Assembly: GCA_965116475.1 (NCBI GenBank)
Contig: OZ220691.1
Location: 32,001 to 96,000 of the forward strand
Direction: 5' to 3'
Length of the DNA stretch: 64,000 nt
DNA from: Gemmatimonadota bacterium
Lineage (GTDB): Bacteria > Gemmatimonadota > Gemmatimonadetes > Palauibacterales > Palauibacteraceae
Below are positions 52,099 through 61,234 of the stretch, one piece after another. Position 1 is the stretch's first letter. Each line of letters opens with the position of its first letter. Under the pieces are notes generated by a model. It was not told where the DNA came from. It saw only the letters and a program-made list of their open reading frames with translations, and made no database searches. Position numbers and translations under genes: made by a program.

Positions 52099-53127
52099 CT
52101 AGGCCCCGACGGCGGCGGGCAGGCGCTCTCCGACGAAACTCGCCAGGTCCACCAGGCGATTCGAATACCCCCACTCGTTGTCGTACCACGAGATGACCTT
52201 CACGAGCGTGCCGTCCATGACCGATGTCGACTGTGCATCGACGATCGCGCTGGCCGGGTGTCCCGTGAAGTCCACGGACACGAGCGGCTCTTCGGTGTAT
52301 TCGAGCACGCCGTCGAGCGGTCCCTCCGCGGCATCGCGAAACGCCGCGTTGATCTCGCCGGCCGACGTGTCGCGCGACACGGTGGCGACGAGGTCCACGA
52401 TCGACACGTCCGGCGTCGGGACGCGCATCGCCATCCCGTCGAGCTTCCCCCTGACCTGCGGGAGAACGAGGCCCACGGCCTTCGCCGCGCCCGTCGTCGT
52501 GGGGATGATCGAAAGCGCGGCCGCGCGGGCGCGCCGAAGGTCCTTGTGCGGGAGGTCGAGGAGCTGCTGGCCGTTCGTGTACGCGTGGACCGTCGTCATG
52601 AGGCCGCGCTCGAAGCCGAAGCGGTCCAGCAGGACCTTCACGACCGGGGCGATGCAGTTGGTCGTGCAGCTCGCGTTCGAGATCACGTCGTGCCGCCCCG
52701 GGTCGTATTCGTCACCGTTCACGCCCAGGACCAGCGTGATGTCCGGCTCGATGCCCGGCGCGGAGATGATGACCTTCTTCGCTCCGGCGCGCAGGTGCCG
52801 GGTCGCATCCTCCCGCTTGCGGAAGATGCCCGTGGATTCGATGACGATGTCCACGCCAAGTTCCGCCCACGGGAGGTCGGCCGGGTCGCGTTCGGAGAAG
52901 ACGCGCACGCGTTCCTCCCCCAGCACGAGTTCGCCCCCGTCCACTCGGACCTCGCCGGGAAAGCGGCCGTGCACGGAGTCGTACTTGAACAGATGGGCGA
53001 GCGTCGCCGCATCCGTGAGATCGTTTATCGCAACGAAATCGAGGTCGCCGCGCGGGTTCTCGAGCGCCGCGCGGAGGATGTTCCGGCCGATGCGACCGAA
53101 ACCGTTGATGGCCACCCTCACACTCAT
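52099..53127 (-). CDS. gap: Type I glyceraldehyde-3-phosphate dehydrogenase
   Basis: [26 protein letters not shown]. Confidence 0.98.
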   Translation of the reverse strand: MSVRVAINGFGRIGRNILRAALENPRGDLDFVAINDLTDAATLAHLFKYDSVHGRFPGEVRVDGGELVLGEERVRVFSERDPADLPWAELGVDIVIESTGIFRKREDATRHLRAGAKKVIISAPGIEPDITLVLGVNGDEYDPGRHDVISNASCTTNCIAPVVKVLLDRFGFERGLMTTVHAYTNGQQLLDLPHKDLRRARAAALSIIPTTTGAAKAVGLVLPQVRGKLDGMAMRVPTPDVSIVDLVATVSRDTSAGEINAAFRDAAEGPLDGVLEYTEEPLVSVDFTGHPASAIVDAQSTSVMDGTLVKVISWYDNEWGYSNRLVDLASFVGERLPAAVGA

Positions 53128-53149
53128 TCGGATTCCTCTCGGGAAGGAT

Positions 53150-53187
53150 TACGGGCGACGCGCCCGGGTACTACGGGCGACTCGCCC
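53150..53187. repeat. Two 16-bp direct repeats, each self-palindromic, 22 bp apart, upstream of gap
   Basis: tacgggcgacgcgccc (53150-53165) and tacgggcgactcgccc (53172-53187). Confidence 0.65.
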
Positions 53188-53983
53188 CGGTCGGCGATTC
53201 ATCCCCGTCCAGGGGACGCAAGGTGCGCGCAAAACTAACGGTGGCCACGCTGCGGAATCCAGCCTCGGCCAGCGTCTCGGCGCAGGCGATCGCGGTGGCT
53301 CCGGTCGTGAGTACATCGTCGACGACGATCGCGCTCCGGCCCCCATTCGGAAGGTCGGCGTGCAAGCGAAAGCGGCCCTGTACGTTCGCGCGGCGCAGCG
53401 CCCCGCGGACGCCCGCCTGGCGCCCGCCCCCCGGACGGCGGGCCAGGAACGGCCCCAGCGGTCCGAGGCCGCGGTCGGCCAGTGCGCGAGCGAGTTCCCC
53501 TGCCTGGTTGAAGCCCCGCTCGCGCTGCCGGGCGGGCGTAAGCGGCACCGGGATCAGCCACGGCGCGCCATCGTCGATCCGGGATGCGACCGCCGCGGCT
53601 GCGGGAGCCATGCGCGCGGCCATCCATGGAGCGAGGGAACGCCAGCGGTCGTACTTGAGGGCGCGTACGGTCCGGGCCGCGAGGCCTTCGAAGGCGAAGG
53701 GCGCGTCGGCCGCGACCAGGACTTCCGGCCACTCCTCGCACGTACCGCACCGCACGAGATCGCCGGCCGCCGCGGCGAGGTTCCCGAGCGGTTGAGCGCA
53801 GCGCGGGCAGCGGGGATTCGCCAGCCGCGGGAGGCGCGACCGGCACAGGGAGCACAGCGGCGGACCATCGGGAGCGACGCCGCGACGGCACCCGACGCAC
53901 GCCGCCGGCACGAGCGCATCGAAGGCCGCGGCGGCCGCCCTGCCCACGAGACGGAGCCGGCCAGCGCGCGGGGCGGCCCTCAC
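53171..53983 (-). CDS. comF: ComF family protein (double Zn ribbon + phosphoribosyltransferase)
   Basis: CVGC/CSLC/CPRC/CGTC, LKY, PVPL, RGFNQ, VVDDVLTTGAT. Confidence 0.9.
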   Translation of the reverse strand: MRAAPRAGRLRLVGRAAAAAFDALVPAACVGCRRGVAPDGPPLCSLCRSRLPRLANPRCPRCAQPLGNLAAAAGDLVRCGTCEEWPEVLVAADAPFAFEGLAARTVRALKYDRWRSLAPWMAARMAPAAAAVASRIDDGAPWLIPVPLTPARQRERGFNQAGELARALADRGLGPLGPFLARRPGGGRQAGVRGALRRANVQGRFRLHADLPNGGRSAIVVDDVLTTGATAIACAETLAEAGFRSVATVSFARTLRPLDGDESPTGASRP

Positions 53984-54861
53984 GCGGCGCCCGATCGGTC
54001 CCCTGCTTCCCAACCCGTCCGCCGCGCGAGTTCCGCCACGGCCGCCTCTCGCATCGCGTCGAACGGGACGGCGCGGCCGGGGAACCAGCGCTCGAGCGAG
54101 AGCACCGCCTGGCCCACGAGCATGTCGAGTCCGCCCGCAGCCCGGATTCCGAGTGCGCGCGCGTGTCGGACCCACGCGGTTTCTCCAGCGGCGTACACCA
54201 TGTCGAAGGCGGCGCCGAACCGCGCCCGGTCCGATCCCCGGTCCGAGTGGCGATCCAGGTCGAGGGGGAGCGGGTCTCCGGGAGCCAGCCCGAGGCTCGT
54301 CGAGTTCAGCACGAGGTCGTACGCCGCGCCCGGGTGCGGCGCCGCGACGACGCGCACGGCGTCGGCCGCCCGGGACGGCGCCCGGTCGCGCAGCTCGCGC
54401 GCCCGCGCCGGCGTCCGGTTGAGGATTTCGACGGACGACGCGCCGTCCTCGAGCAGCGCGTGGACCGCCGCCCGGGCCGCGCCCCCGGCGCCCAGGAGGA
54501 GCACGCGCGCGCCGCGCGGCCGGAAGCCAAGGCGGGAGAAGGCGATGCGGAGGCCGCCGACGTCCGTGTTGTCGCCGGCGAGCTCGCCATCCGATCCCCG
54601 CCACCAGCAGTTGCACGCCCCGGTCGCCCGCACCGCGGCGCTCGGCCGCACGAGCGCGCGCGCCGCCCGCAGCTTGTGCGGGAGCGTCACGTTGCCGCCC
54701 GCCAAGTCCCCGCTCCGCATGACGGGTTCGACTTCGTCGGGAGTGGTCCGGCGGGCTACGTATTCCGCGTCGAGGCCGAGGACCTCGAAGGCAGCGCGGA
54801 GCATCGCGGGCGAAATCGAGTGCCCTACCGGATCCCCTAGGAGTGCGAAGCGGAGCGTCAC
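53980..54861 (-). CDS. aroE: Shikimate dehydrogenase
   Basis: HSISP, NVTLPHK, NTDVGG, LGAGGAARA, DMVY, MLVGQA. Confidence 0.95.
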   Translation of the reverse strand: MTLRFALLGDPVGHSISPAMLRAAFEVLGLDAEYVARRTTPDEVEPVMRSGDLAGGNVTLPHKLRAARALVRPSAAVRATGACNCWWRGSDGELAGDNTDVGGLRIAFSRLGFRPRGARVLLLGAGGAARAAVHALLEDGASSVEILNRTPARARELRDRAPSRAADAVRVVAAPHPGAAYDLVLNSTSLGLAPGDPLPLDLDRHSDRGSDRARFGAAFDMVYAAGETAWVRHARALGIRAAGGLDMLVGQAVLSLERWFPGRAVPFDAMREAAVAELARRTGWEAGDRSGAA

Positions 54862-55343
54862 GGCCGGGACCCTTCGCGCCCTCCCCGTTCTTCGCCGAGC
54901 GCGTCAAAGAGCCCCCGCATGGCCCGCATCAGCAACTTCCGCGTCGCTTCGTAGGTGTCGATATCTCCACCGTACGGATCCGGGACCCCGCCCCCGCGCC
55001 ACTCGTCGCCGGCGGGCAGAAAATCCGTCATGACGCGGACCGCGGCGCTCGGCGCCAGGCTCGCCGCCGCCCGGGCATGCGACACCTCCATGCCGATGAC
55101 CACGTCGGCCCATTCGAGCAGTTCGGGCGACAGTTCCCGCGAGGCGTGTGCCGCGAGGTCGAGTCCGTGCGCGGCCGCGACCGCGATCCCTGGACCCGAG
55201 GCCGGCTGGCCCGGAAATGCGAAGGTGCCCGCCGATGCGCAGACGACCTCCGCCCACCCTCGCGCTTCGGCCTCTCCCCGCGCGATCACCTCGGCCAGCG
55301 GGCTGCGGCATATGTTGCCGGTGCAGACGAAGAGGAGGTTCAT
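54858..55343 (-). CDS. Low-molecular-weight protein phosphatase (LMW-PTP family)
   Basis: MNLLFVCTGNICRSP, SAGT, DPYGG. ATG overlaps the tsaC stop. Confidence 0.93.
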   Translation of the reverse strand: MNLLFVCTGNICRSPLAEVIARGEAEARGWAEVVCASAGTFAFPGQPASGPGIAVAAAHGLDLAAHASRELSPELLEWADVVIGMEVSHARAAASLAPSAAVRVMTDFLPAGDEWRGGGVPDPYGGDIDTYEATRKLLMRAMRGLFDALGEERGGREGSRP

Positions 55344-55993
55344 CGGAGGACTCCCGTCACCTCCGTCGCCGACAGGGCGCCTTCTCGCAGGATTTCGACC
55401 GCTTCCCCCGTCACGCGCACGAGCGTCGATGGCGCCGAACCGGCGAGATCGCCCGCGTCGAGCCAGCCCAGCGTTCCCGCCGCGGATCCGACGTCGGACA
55501 GCACGGCGCGCACCTCCCGGCGCGTCCTCGCCGGGGCCTTCGCCGTCACGTTGAGGCTCGTGGAGGTCAGCAGCCCGCCGGCCCGGTCGAGGAGCCGTCG
55601 TACGACCGGGTGCGGATCGACGCGCACAGCGACCCCACCGTCGCTGCCGTCCTCCAGCACCAGGGTGAGCGGTCCGGGCCAGAATGCGTCGGCAAGCCGC
55701 CGTGCCGTCTCCGGCCACCGCGCCCCGGGCAGCGCCTCGCCGAGCGCACCGCGGCTCGCGGCGAGCCGGATCAACGGCCCCGGCGGCCGGCGCTTGATCG
55801 CGGCGATCCGCGCGTCGACATCCGGCCACGGCCGCCCGCCCAACCCGTACACCGTCGAGGTCGGGTGGGCCACGACTCCGCCGGCGTCGAGCAGCGCCGC
55901 CGCCCGGTCCAGCGCTTCATCTCCCGTCGCCAGCGCCCGTCCCGCACCGGCGGCCCCCTCCGGAGCCCCCGTCCACTCGCGCCATTTCACCAC
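55340..55993 (-). CDS. tsaC: L-threonylcarbamoyladenylate synthase (YrdC/TsaC, no Sua5 C-domain)
   Basis: HPTSTVYGL, IKRR, FWPGPLTLVL, TSTSLN, PSTLV, ILREGA. Confidence 0.85.
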   Translation of the reverse strand: MVKWREWTGAPEGAAGAGRALATGDEALDRAAALLDAGGVVAHPTSTVYGLGGRPWPDVDARIAAIKRRPPGPLIRLAASRGALGEALPGARWPETARRLADAFWPGPLTLVLEDGSDGGVAVRVDPHPVVRRLLDRAGGLLTSTSLNVTAKAPARTRREVRAVLSDVGSAAGTLGWLDAGDLAGSAPSTLVRVTGEAVEILREGALSATEVTGVLR

Positions 55994-56042
55994 GTCGAAT
56001 CCGTTCCCGCTCCTGTCTTCATCACGTCACGCGGTCACCGCG

Positions 56043-56771
56043 TTAATTCTCCGCGGCGATCAAGCCGGTCTCAATCATGGCCCGCGCGAGCGCCAGGTCG
56101 CCCGCGGTCGTGATCTTCAGGTTCGCCGGATCGCCCGCCACCGTGGACACATCGATGCCGAACCGCTCGCACAGCAGCGCGTCATCCGTCATGGTGGCGG
56201 CGTCCTGCGCTTCCCATGCGCCGGCGTCGTCGAGCGCGTGCGTACGGTTCAGGACCTCGGCCGGGAACCCCTGCGGCGTCTGTACGCGGCGGAGCCGTTC
56301 CCGCGGCACGGTCGCCTCGATCCAGCCTCCCTCGTCCACGCGCTTCACGGTGTCCTCGACGGCGATCACCGGCACGACGGGGCCGGTGCGAGCCCCGTCC
56401 ACGACGCGGGAGACGAGTTCGGCGGACACGAACGGCCGCGCTCCATCATGCACGAGCACGGTCTCGACGGCGCCCGCCAGCGCCGCGGCGCCGGCGCGCA
56501 CCGAGTCGGCCCGGAACACGCCGCCCGGCACGACGAGCACCCCCTCCGGAAGCCAGGCCGGCGGCGAGGCCGCCCGCGGCGGCGCCAGCACGACCGCGAC
56601 CCGGTCGACGTCGGGATGGTTCACGAGCGTGCGCACCGACCAGGCGAGCACGGGCATGCCGCAGAGGTCGACGAACTGCTTGGGCCGCGACGCGCCGAAG
56701 CGATGTCCCTGCCCCGCCGCAACGACGACGGCGCCGACGCCGCGGACGGCCGCCGGGCCTCCCCCCGGCAC
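56043..56771 (-). CDS. ispD: 2-C-methyl-D-erythritol 4-phosphate cytidylyltransferase
   Basis: AAGQGHRFG..PKQF, VHDGARP, VQTPQGF, TDD, NLKITT. Confidence 0.96.
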   Translation of the reverse strand: MPGGGPAAVRGVGAVVVAAGQGHRFGASRPKQFVDLCGMPVLAWSVRTLVNHPDVDRVAVVLAPPRAASPPAWLPEGVLVVPGGVFRADSVRAGAAALAGAVETVLVHDGARPFVSAELVSRVVDGARTGPVVPVIAVEDTVKRVDEGGWIEATVPRERLRRVQTPQGFPAEVLNRTHALDDAGAWEAQDAATMTDDALLCERFGIDVSTVAGDPANLKITTAGDLALARAMIETGLIAAEN

Positions 56772-58156
56772 TAGTCGGGTTCCGGGCGGCGGCTCACGGA
56801 CTCGAACGCCGTGAAGGCCTTGTGGAAATAGAGGTCGACGGTTCCGGTGGGCCCGTTGCGCTGCTTGCCCACGATGAGTTCGGCCTTCCCCGCCAGTCCC
56901 CGTTCCTCCACCTCTTCCGGCTTGCGGTGCATCTCCTCACGGAAGATGAAAAGGACGACGTCCGCATCCTGCTCGATCGCCCCGGACTCGCGCAGGTCCG
57001 AGAGCCGCGGCCGGTTCCCCTCGCGCTGTTCGGGCGCCCGCGACAGCTGGGAGAGCGCGAGGAGCGGCACGCCGACCTCCTTCGCGATCGCCTTCAGCGA
57101 CCGGGAGATCGCGCTGATCTCCTGCTGACGGTTCTCGACGCGCGCCCCGCCGGACATCAGCTGCAGGTAGTCGAGCACGACGAGCCCGACCCCGACTTCC
57201 GCGTGCAGGCGCCGCACCTTGGCGCGGAGCTCGATGGGCGAGATCGCGGGCGTGTCGTCGATCCAGATCGGGGCCGTGTTCAGGTGGCCCGCTCCGCTCG
57301 CCAGCCGCGTGAAGTCGTCGGACGACAACCGCCCGGTGCGGATCCGGCTCGAATCCACCTTCGACTCCGCGCTCAGCATCCGCTGCACCAGGGATTCCCT
57401 CGACATTTCGAGCGAGAAGATCGCCACCGGGACATCCTCGCCGATTGCCGTATGCTGGGCGATGTTCAGCGCGAGGGCCGTCTTGCCCATCGAGGGGCGC
57501 CCGGCGAGGACGATCAGGTCGGCGGGTTGGAACCCCGCCGTCATCCGGTCGAGATCGGAGAACCCCGACGCGACGCCGGTGATCGAACCGGGGTTTCGCA
57601 CGAGTTCGTCGATCCGGTCCATCGTCGAGCGCAGGACTTCCTTGATGCGGACGAAGGTCCCGCGCTGCTCCGCCTGCGAAATCTCGAAGATCCGCTGCTC
57701 CGCGCGGTCGAGCGTCTCGTCGACTTCGCCCGAGCCCGCCTCGTAGGCGTCCTGGACGATCTCGGTGGCACTGGAGATGAGCCGCCGGAGCACCGTCTTG
57801 TCGCGCAGGATCCGGCAGTGGTGGCCGACGTTGGCGGCGGTGGGCACCGCGTCCACGAGCCTCGCGAGGTACGCCATCCCCCCGACGGCGTCGAGTTCCC
57901 CGGCCGTCTGGAGTTCGTCGGCGAGCGTGACGGCGTCGATCACGTCGCCGCGCCCGTACAGGCGCACCATCGCGCGAAAGATTCGACGATTCCCCTCCCG
58001 ATGGAAGGCGGAATCGTCGATCCGCTCGAGGGCGACGGCCACGGCATCGCCGTCGATGAGCATCGCCCCGAGGACCGAGATTTCGGCCTCCTCGGACCAG
58101 GGCGTGCGCCGGGCCTCGATCGCGTCGCTGGGGAGACTGATCGCCGTGTCAACCAA
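56771..58156 (-). CDS. dnaB: Replicative DNA helicase (no intein)
   Basis: EAEISVLGAML, GRPSMGKT, FSLEMS, DYLQLM, LSQLSR, DLRESGAIEQDAD, KQRNGP. Confidence 0.98.
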   Translation of the reverse strand: MVDTAISLPSDAIEARRTPWSEEAEISVLGAMLIDGDAVAVALERIDDSAFHREGNRRIFRAMVRLYGRGDVIDAVTLADELQTAGELDAVGGMAYLARLVDAVPTAANVGHHCRILRDKTVLRRLISSATEIVQDAYEAGSGEVDETLDRAEQRIFEISQAEQRGTFVRIKEVLRSTMDRIDELVRNPGSITGVASGFSDLDRMTAGFQPADLIVLAGRPSMGKTALALNIAQHTAIGEDVPVAIFSLEMSRESLVQRMLSAESKVDSSRIRTGRLSSDDFTRLASGAGHLNTAPIWIDDTPAISPIELRAKVRRLHAEVGVGLVVLDYLQLMSGGARVENRQQEISAISRSLKAIAKEVGVPLLALSQLSRAPEQREGNRPRLSDLRESGAIEQDADVVLFIFREEMHRKPEEVEERGLAGKAELIVGKQRNGPTGTVDLYFHKAFTAFESVSRRPEPD

Positions 58157-58979
58157 TGCCGGCCTCGCGATCTTCGACGCCGTCGAGCATGCGGCGCACC
58201 ATCTGCAGATCCTCCCAGGTGGGGCGGATCCAGCCCGGGTTTCGGAGCAGCGCCGCCGGGTGGTACGTGACGACGACGGGATATCCGGAATAGCGATGGA
58301 CGGCGCCGCGGAGCCGGCCGAGCGCGGATTTCGTTTCGAGCAGCGTGCGCGCGGCGAAGGCGCCGAAGGCGATGATGACCTCGGGTTCGATGAGCGCCAG
58401 TTGCCTCAGGAGATAGGGAGCGCAGGCCGCGACCTCCTCCGGGAGCGGGTCGCGGTTTCGGGGCGGCCGGGACTTCAGCACGTTGCAGATATAGACGGAC
58501 GTCCGCGGAAGCCCGACCGAGAGCAGCAAGCGGTCGAGCAGCCGGCCGGCGCGGCCGACGAAGGGGCGGCCGGACTCGTCCTCGTGCATCCCGGGCGCCT
58601 CCCCCACGCACACGACGCGGGCGTCCGCCGCGCCCTCGCCGAAGACCGGGTTCTTCCGCGATTCGTGGAGCGTGCAGCGGGTGCAGGTGCCGACCAGCGC
58701 GGCCAGCGTCTCCAGGTCCGGCGCCTCCGCGATCATCGCCCCCGTCACCGTCGGCGTGGCGCTCGTCACCGCATCCGGCGGAGCGTCAGCAACCCCTCGC
58801 GCGTCCCGTCGCGCGCCCTCTCGCGCGTCTCCTCGCGCCGGGTGTCCGGCGGCGGCCAGCCCGCGCACAACCGCTTCGCGCGTCGCGTGCTCGAGCATGA
58901 GCGCGTTCCCCTCCGCGGAGAGCGTCTGCTCGAAAAAGGTGCGCGCGAGCGCCCGGGCTTCGGCGTCCGGCGGGTTCAC
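58149..58979 (-). CDS. Uracil-DNA glycosylase family 4 with N-terminal extension
   Basis: CTRCTL, VGEAPG..ED..GRPFVG.AG, TYHPAALLR. GTG overlaps the coaBC stop. Confidence 0.92.
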   Translation of the reverse strand: MNPPDAEARALARTFFEQTLSAEGNALMLEHATREAVVRGLAAAGHPARGDAREGARRDARGVADAPPDAVTSATPTVTGAMIAEAPDLETLAALVGTCTRCTLHESRKNPVFGEGAADARVVCVGEAPGMHEDESGRPFVGRAGRLLDRLLLSVGLPRTSVYICNVLKSRPPRNRDPLPEEVAACAPYLLRQLALIEPEVIIAFGAFAARTLLETKSALGRLRGAVHRYSGYPVVVTYHPAALLRNPGWIRPTWEDLQMVRRMLDGVEDREAGIG

Positions 58980-60193
58980 CTCCCGGCCGCCGCCGGGATC
59001 GAGGCTTCGACCCGGTCGAGCAACGCGTCCGCCAACTCGGTCTTCTTCGCCAAAGGCAACTCCTCGACCCTGCCGCTCCGGTCGATCAGCGTGATGCGGT
59101 TCGTCTCGGACTCGAATCCCGCGCCGGGCTCCACCGCCGAGTTCACGGCGACGAGGTGCATACCCTTCCGCTCGAGTTTCTCCCGTCCGCGGGTGAGAAG
59201 GTCCTCCGTCTCGAGCGCGAACCCCAGAGTAAAGATTCCCTTCCGTTCGCGGAACGCCCGCGTCTCCATAAGGAGGTCCGGGCCCGCCCGGAGCACGAGT
59301 TCGAAACCCGTCCCGGCCCCGTCCGTCTTCTTGATCTTGGAGTCCGCCGCGCGGGCCGGCTCGAAATCGCCGACGGCGGCCGCCATCAGAAGGATGTCGG
59401 CATCCGTCAACGCGGTCTCCAGCGCGGCCAGCATCTCGCCGGCCGTCTCGACCTCCACCACGTCGGGACCGGGGGGGCACGGCACCCGGCCGGGTCCGCT
59501 GATGAGCGTGACGTCGCCCCCGCGCCGCCAGGCCGCCTCGGCGAGCGCGAACCCCATGCGGCCCGAAGAGCGGTTCGTGATGAAGCGGACGGGATCCAGC
59601 GCGGCTCTCGTCGGCCCCGCCGTCGCCACGACCTTTCGTCCGCTCAGGCCGGTCGCCGTCTCCAGCGCCCGTCCGATGCGCGGCAGGATTTCCTCCGGCT
59701 CCAGCAGCCGCCCCGGCCCGCTCTCGCCCTCCGCGAGCGGACCATCGGCCGGCCCGGCGATCGCGTAGCCGACATCGGCCAGCCGCGCGACGTTCGCCTG
59801 GGTAATCGGATGCTCCCACATGCGGGTGTTCATCGCGGGACAGACGATCACCGGCGCGCGCGAGGCCAGCACGGCGGTCGTCGCCAGATCGTCCGCGGCC
59901 CCGGCCGCGAGCCTGGAAATGAGGTTGGCCGTCGCGGGCGCGACGACGACGACATCGGCTTCGAGTCCGAGATCCAGATGCGCCATGGGCCGGTCCCACA
60001 ACGACGCGTGTACCGGACGGCCGGTAATCCCCTCGAAGGTGACGCGCCCGATGAAACGCTCGGCCGACGCGGTGAGGATGACCTCGACCCCGGCCCCGGC
60101 CTCGATCAGGCGGCGGGCAAGGATCGCGCTCTTGTACGCGGCAATCCCGCCGGATACGACAAGCAGCGCGCGACGACCGTCAAAGGGCCGCAC
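58976..60193 (-). CDS. coaBC: Bifunctional phosphopantothenoylcysteine decarboxylase/synthetase
   Basis: SGGIAAYK, APATAN, PAMNTRMW, TAGPT..DPVRFITNRSSGRMG, GFALET. Confidence 0.96.
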   Translation of the reverse strand: MRPFDGRRALLVVSGGIAAYKSAILARRLIEAGAGVEVILTASAERFIGRVTFEGITGRPVHASLWDRPMAHLDLGLEADVVVVAPATANLISRLAAGAADDLATTAVLASRAPVIVCPAMNTRMWEHPITQANVARLADVGYAIAGPADGPLAEGESGPGRLLEPEEILPRIGRALETATGLSGRKVVATAGPTRAALDPVRFITNRSSGRMGFALAEAAWRRGGDVTLISGPGRVPCPPGPDVVEVETAGEMLAALETALTDADILLMAAAVGDFEPARAADSKIKKTDGAGTGFELVLRAGPDLLMETRAFRERKGIFTLGFALETEDLLTRGREKLERKGMHLVAVNSAVEPGAGFESETNRITLIDRSGRVEELPLAKKTELADALLDRVEASIPAAAGR

Positions 60194-60233
60194 GGAGCTA
60201 GCGGTCCGGCAGGGGTTTCGCCACGGGCTGCTG

Positions 60234-60455
60234 CTAGGGCATCAGGGTGGGGCGCGCCCGGGCCAGCCGGTATTGCAGCTTCTTTTCCTCCGAGGTCAGC
60301 GCGTCCGCGGCGACCGTCGTCAGCTTCTCCGCGCCGTACGGCGAGTGTTCGAGCGGGAGGGCGTTGAGTTCGCGCGCATACTTCGCGGCGATGAGCACGC
60401 CCAGGTACTTGTTGGTCGCCGCCTTTGCCACGGCGTCCGGGGTAAAGACCTTCAT
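60234..60455 (-). CDS. rpoZ: RNA polymerase omega subunit
   Basis: NKYLGVLIAAKYAREL; gmk-X-coaBC context. Confidence 0.85.
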   Translation of the reverse strand: MKVFTPDAVAKAATNKYLGVLIAAKYARELNALPLEHSPYGAEKLTTVAADALTSEEKKLQYRLARARPTLMP

Positions 60456-60577
60456 TCCATTTCTCCCTCGACCATCACGGTCCAGCGCTTTCCGTCGCGC
60501 TTTCGATCGCGCATTCTACCGCACTCCGCGCCGCGGCCCGAACCGAGCCGCGCCCATTGAGCAATCTACCACATGCG

Positions 60578-61234
60578 TCAAAGGGCATCCAACTCCCCGA
60601 TGATGCGTTTCACGTACCGCCACTCCGCCGCACCCAGACGACGGCCGGGCAGGAGCCCCTTCGCCACGAGCACCGACACCGCGGCGACCGCTTCCTCGAT
60701 CCGGTCGTTGACGACGAGCCGGTCGAACTCGGCCGCGGCCTCCAACTCGGATCGGGCGTTCGCAAGCCGGCGCCGGAGTTGCGCCGGGCTCTCGCTGCCC
60801 CGACCCCGCAACTGCCGCGCAATCCGTTCTCCGGTGGGCGGAACGATGAAGATCGACAGGACCTCCGTCACGGCCTCCCACACCTGCCGCGCCCCCTGCA
60901 CGTCGATGTCCAGCAGGAGATGGGCGCCCGCTTCCCGCGCCCGGTCGAGGTTGTCACGCGGCGTTCCGTAGCGCTCGCCATGGACCGTCGCGTATTCGAG
61001 CATGGCCCCGTCGTCGACGAGCGCCTCGAAGCGGTCTCGCGAGACGAACCGGTAGTCCACGCCATCCCGCTCCCCCGCGCGCGGCGCCCGCGTCGTCATC
61101 GAGACCGAGAACAGGAATCCGGGAGAGCGGGTTTGAACGAGCAACCGGTCGCGGATCGTCGTCTTACCCGCCCCGGAGGGGCCGGAGAGAATGACGGGAA
61201 ACAGCGGAGGCGAGCCGGATGCCGCCGGGCTCAC
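60578..61234 (-). CDS. gmk: Guanylate kinase
   Basis: SGPSGAGKTT, SMTTRAPRAGERDGVDY, YGT, LDIDVQG. Confidence 0.96.
   Translation of the reverse strand: MSPAASGSPPLFPVILSGPSGAGKTTIRDRLLVQTRSPGFLFSVSMTTRAPRAGERDGVDYRFVSRDRFEALVDDGAMLEYATVHGERYGTPRDNLDRAREAGAHLLLDIDVQGARQVWEAVTEVLSIFIVPPTGERIARQLRGRGSESPAQLRRRLANARSELEAAAEFDRLVVNDRIEEAVAAVSVLVAKGLLPGRRLGAAEWRYVKRIIGELDAL

Noticed and set aside
52178-55033. 951-aa plus-strand ORF and other long antisense or alternate-frame ORFs (e.g. 4850-7189, 9100-11172, 37150-39498, 56216-58270)
   Set aside because: They shadow well-conserved minus-strand genes, are Arg/Ala/Pro/Ser-rich with no motifs, and are expected from stop-codon scarcity at high GC.
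56771-58156. Intein in DnaB
   Set aside because: Length of 461 aa and contiguous motifs leave no insertion.
60456-60577. Promoter or ncRNA upstream of rpoZ (TAGAAT and TGGTAGATT candidates)
   Set aside because: Two competing -10-like hexamers with no convincing -35; I cannot choose between them from sequence alone.
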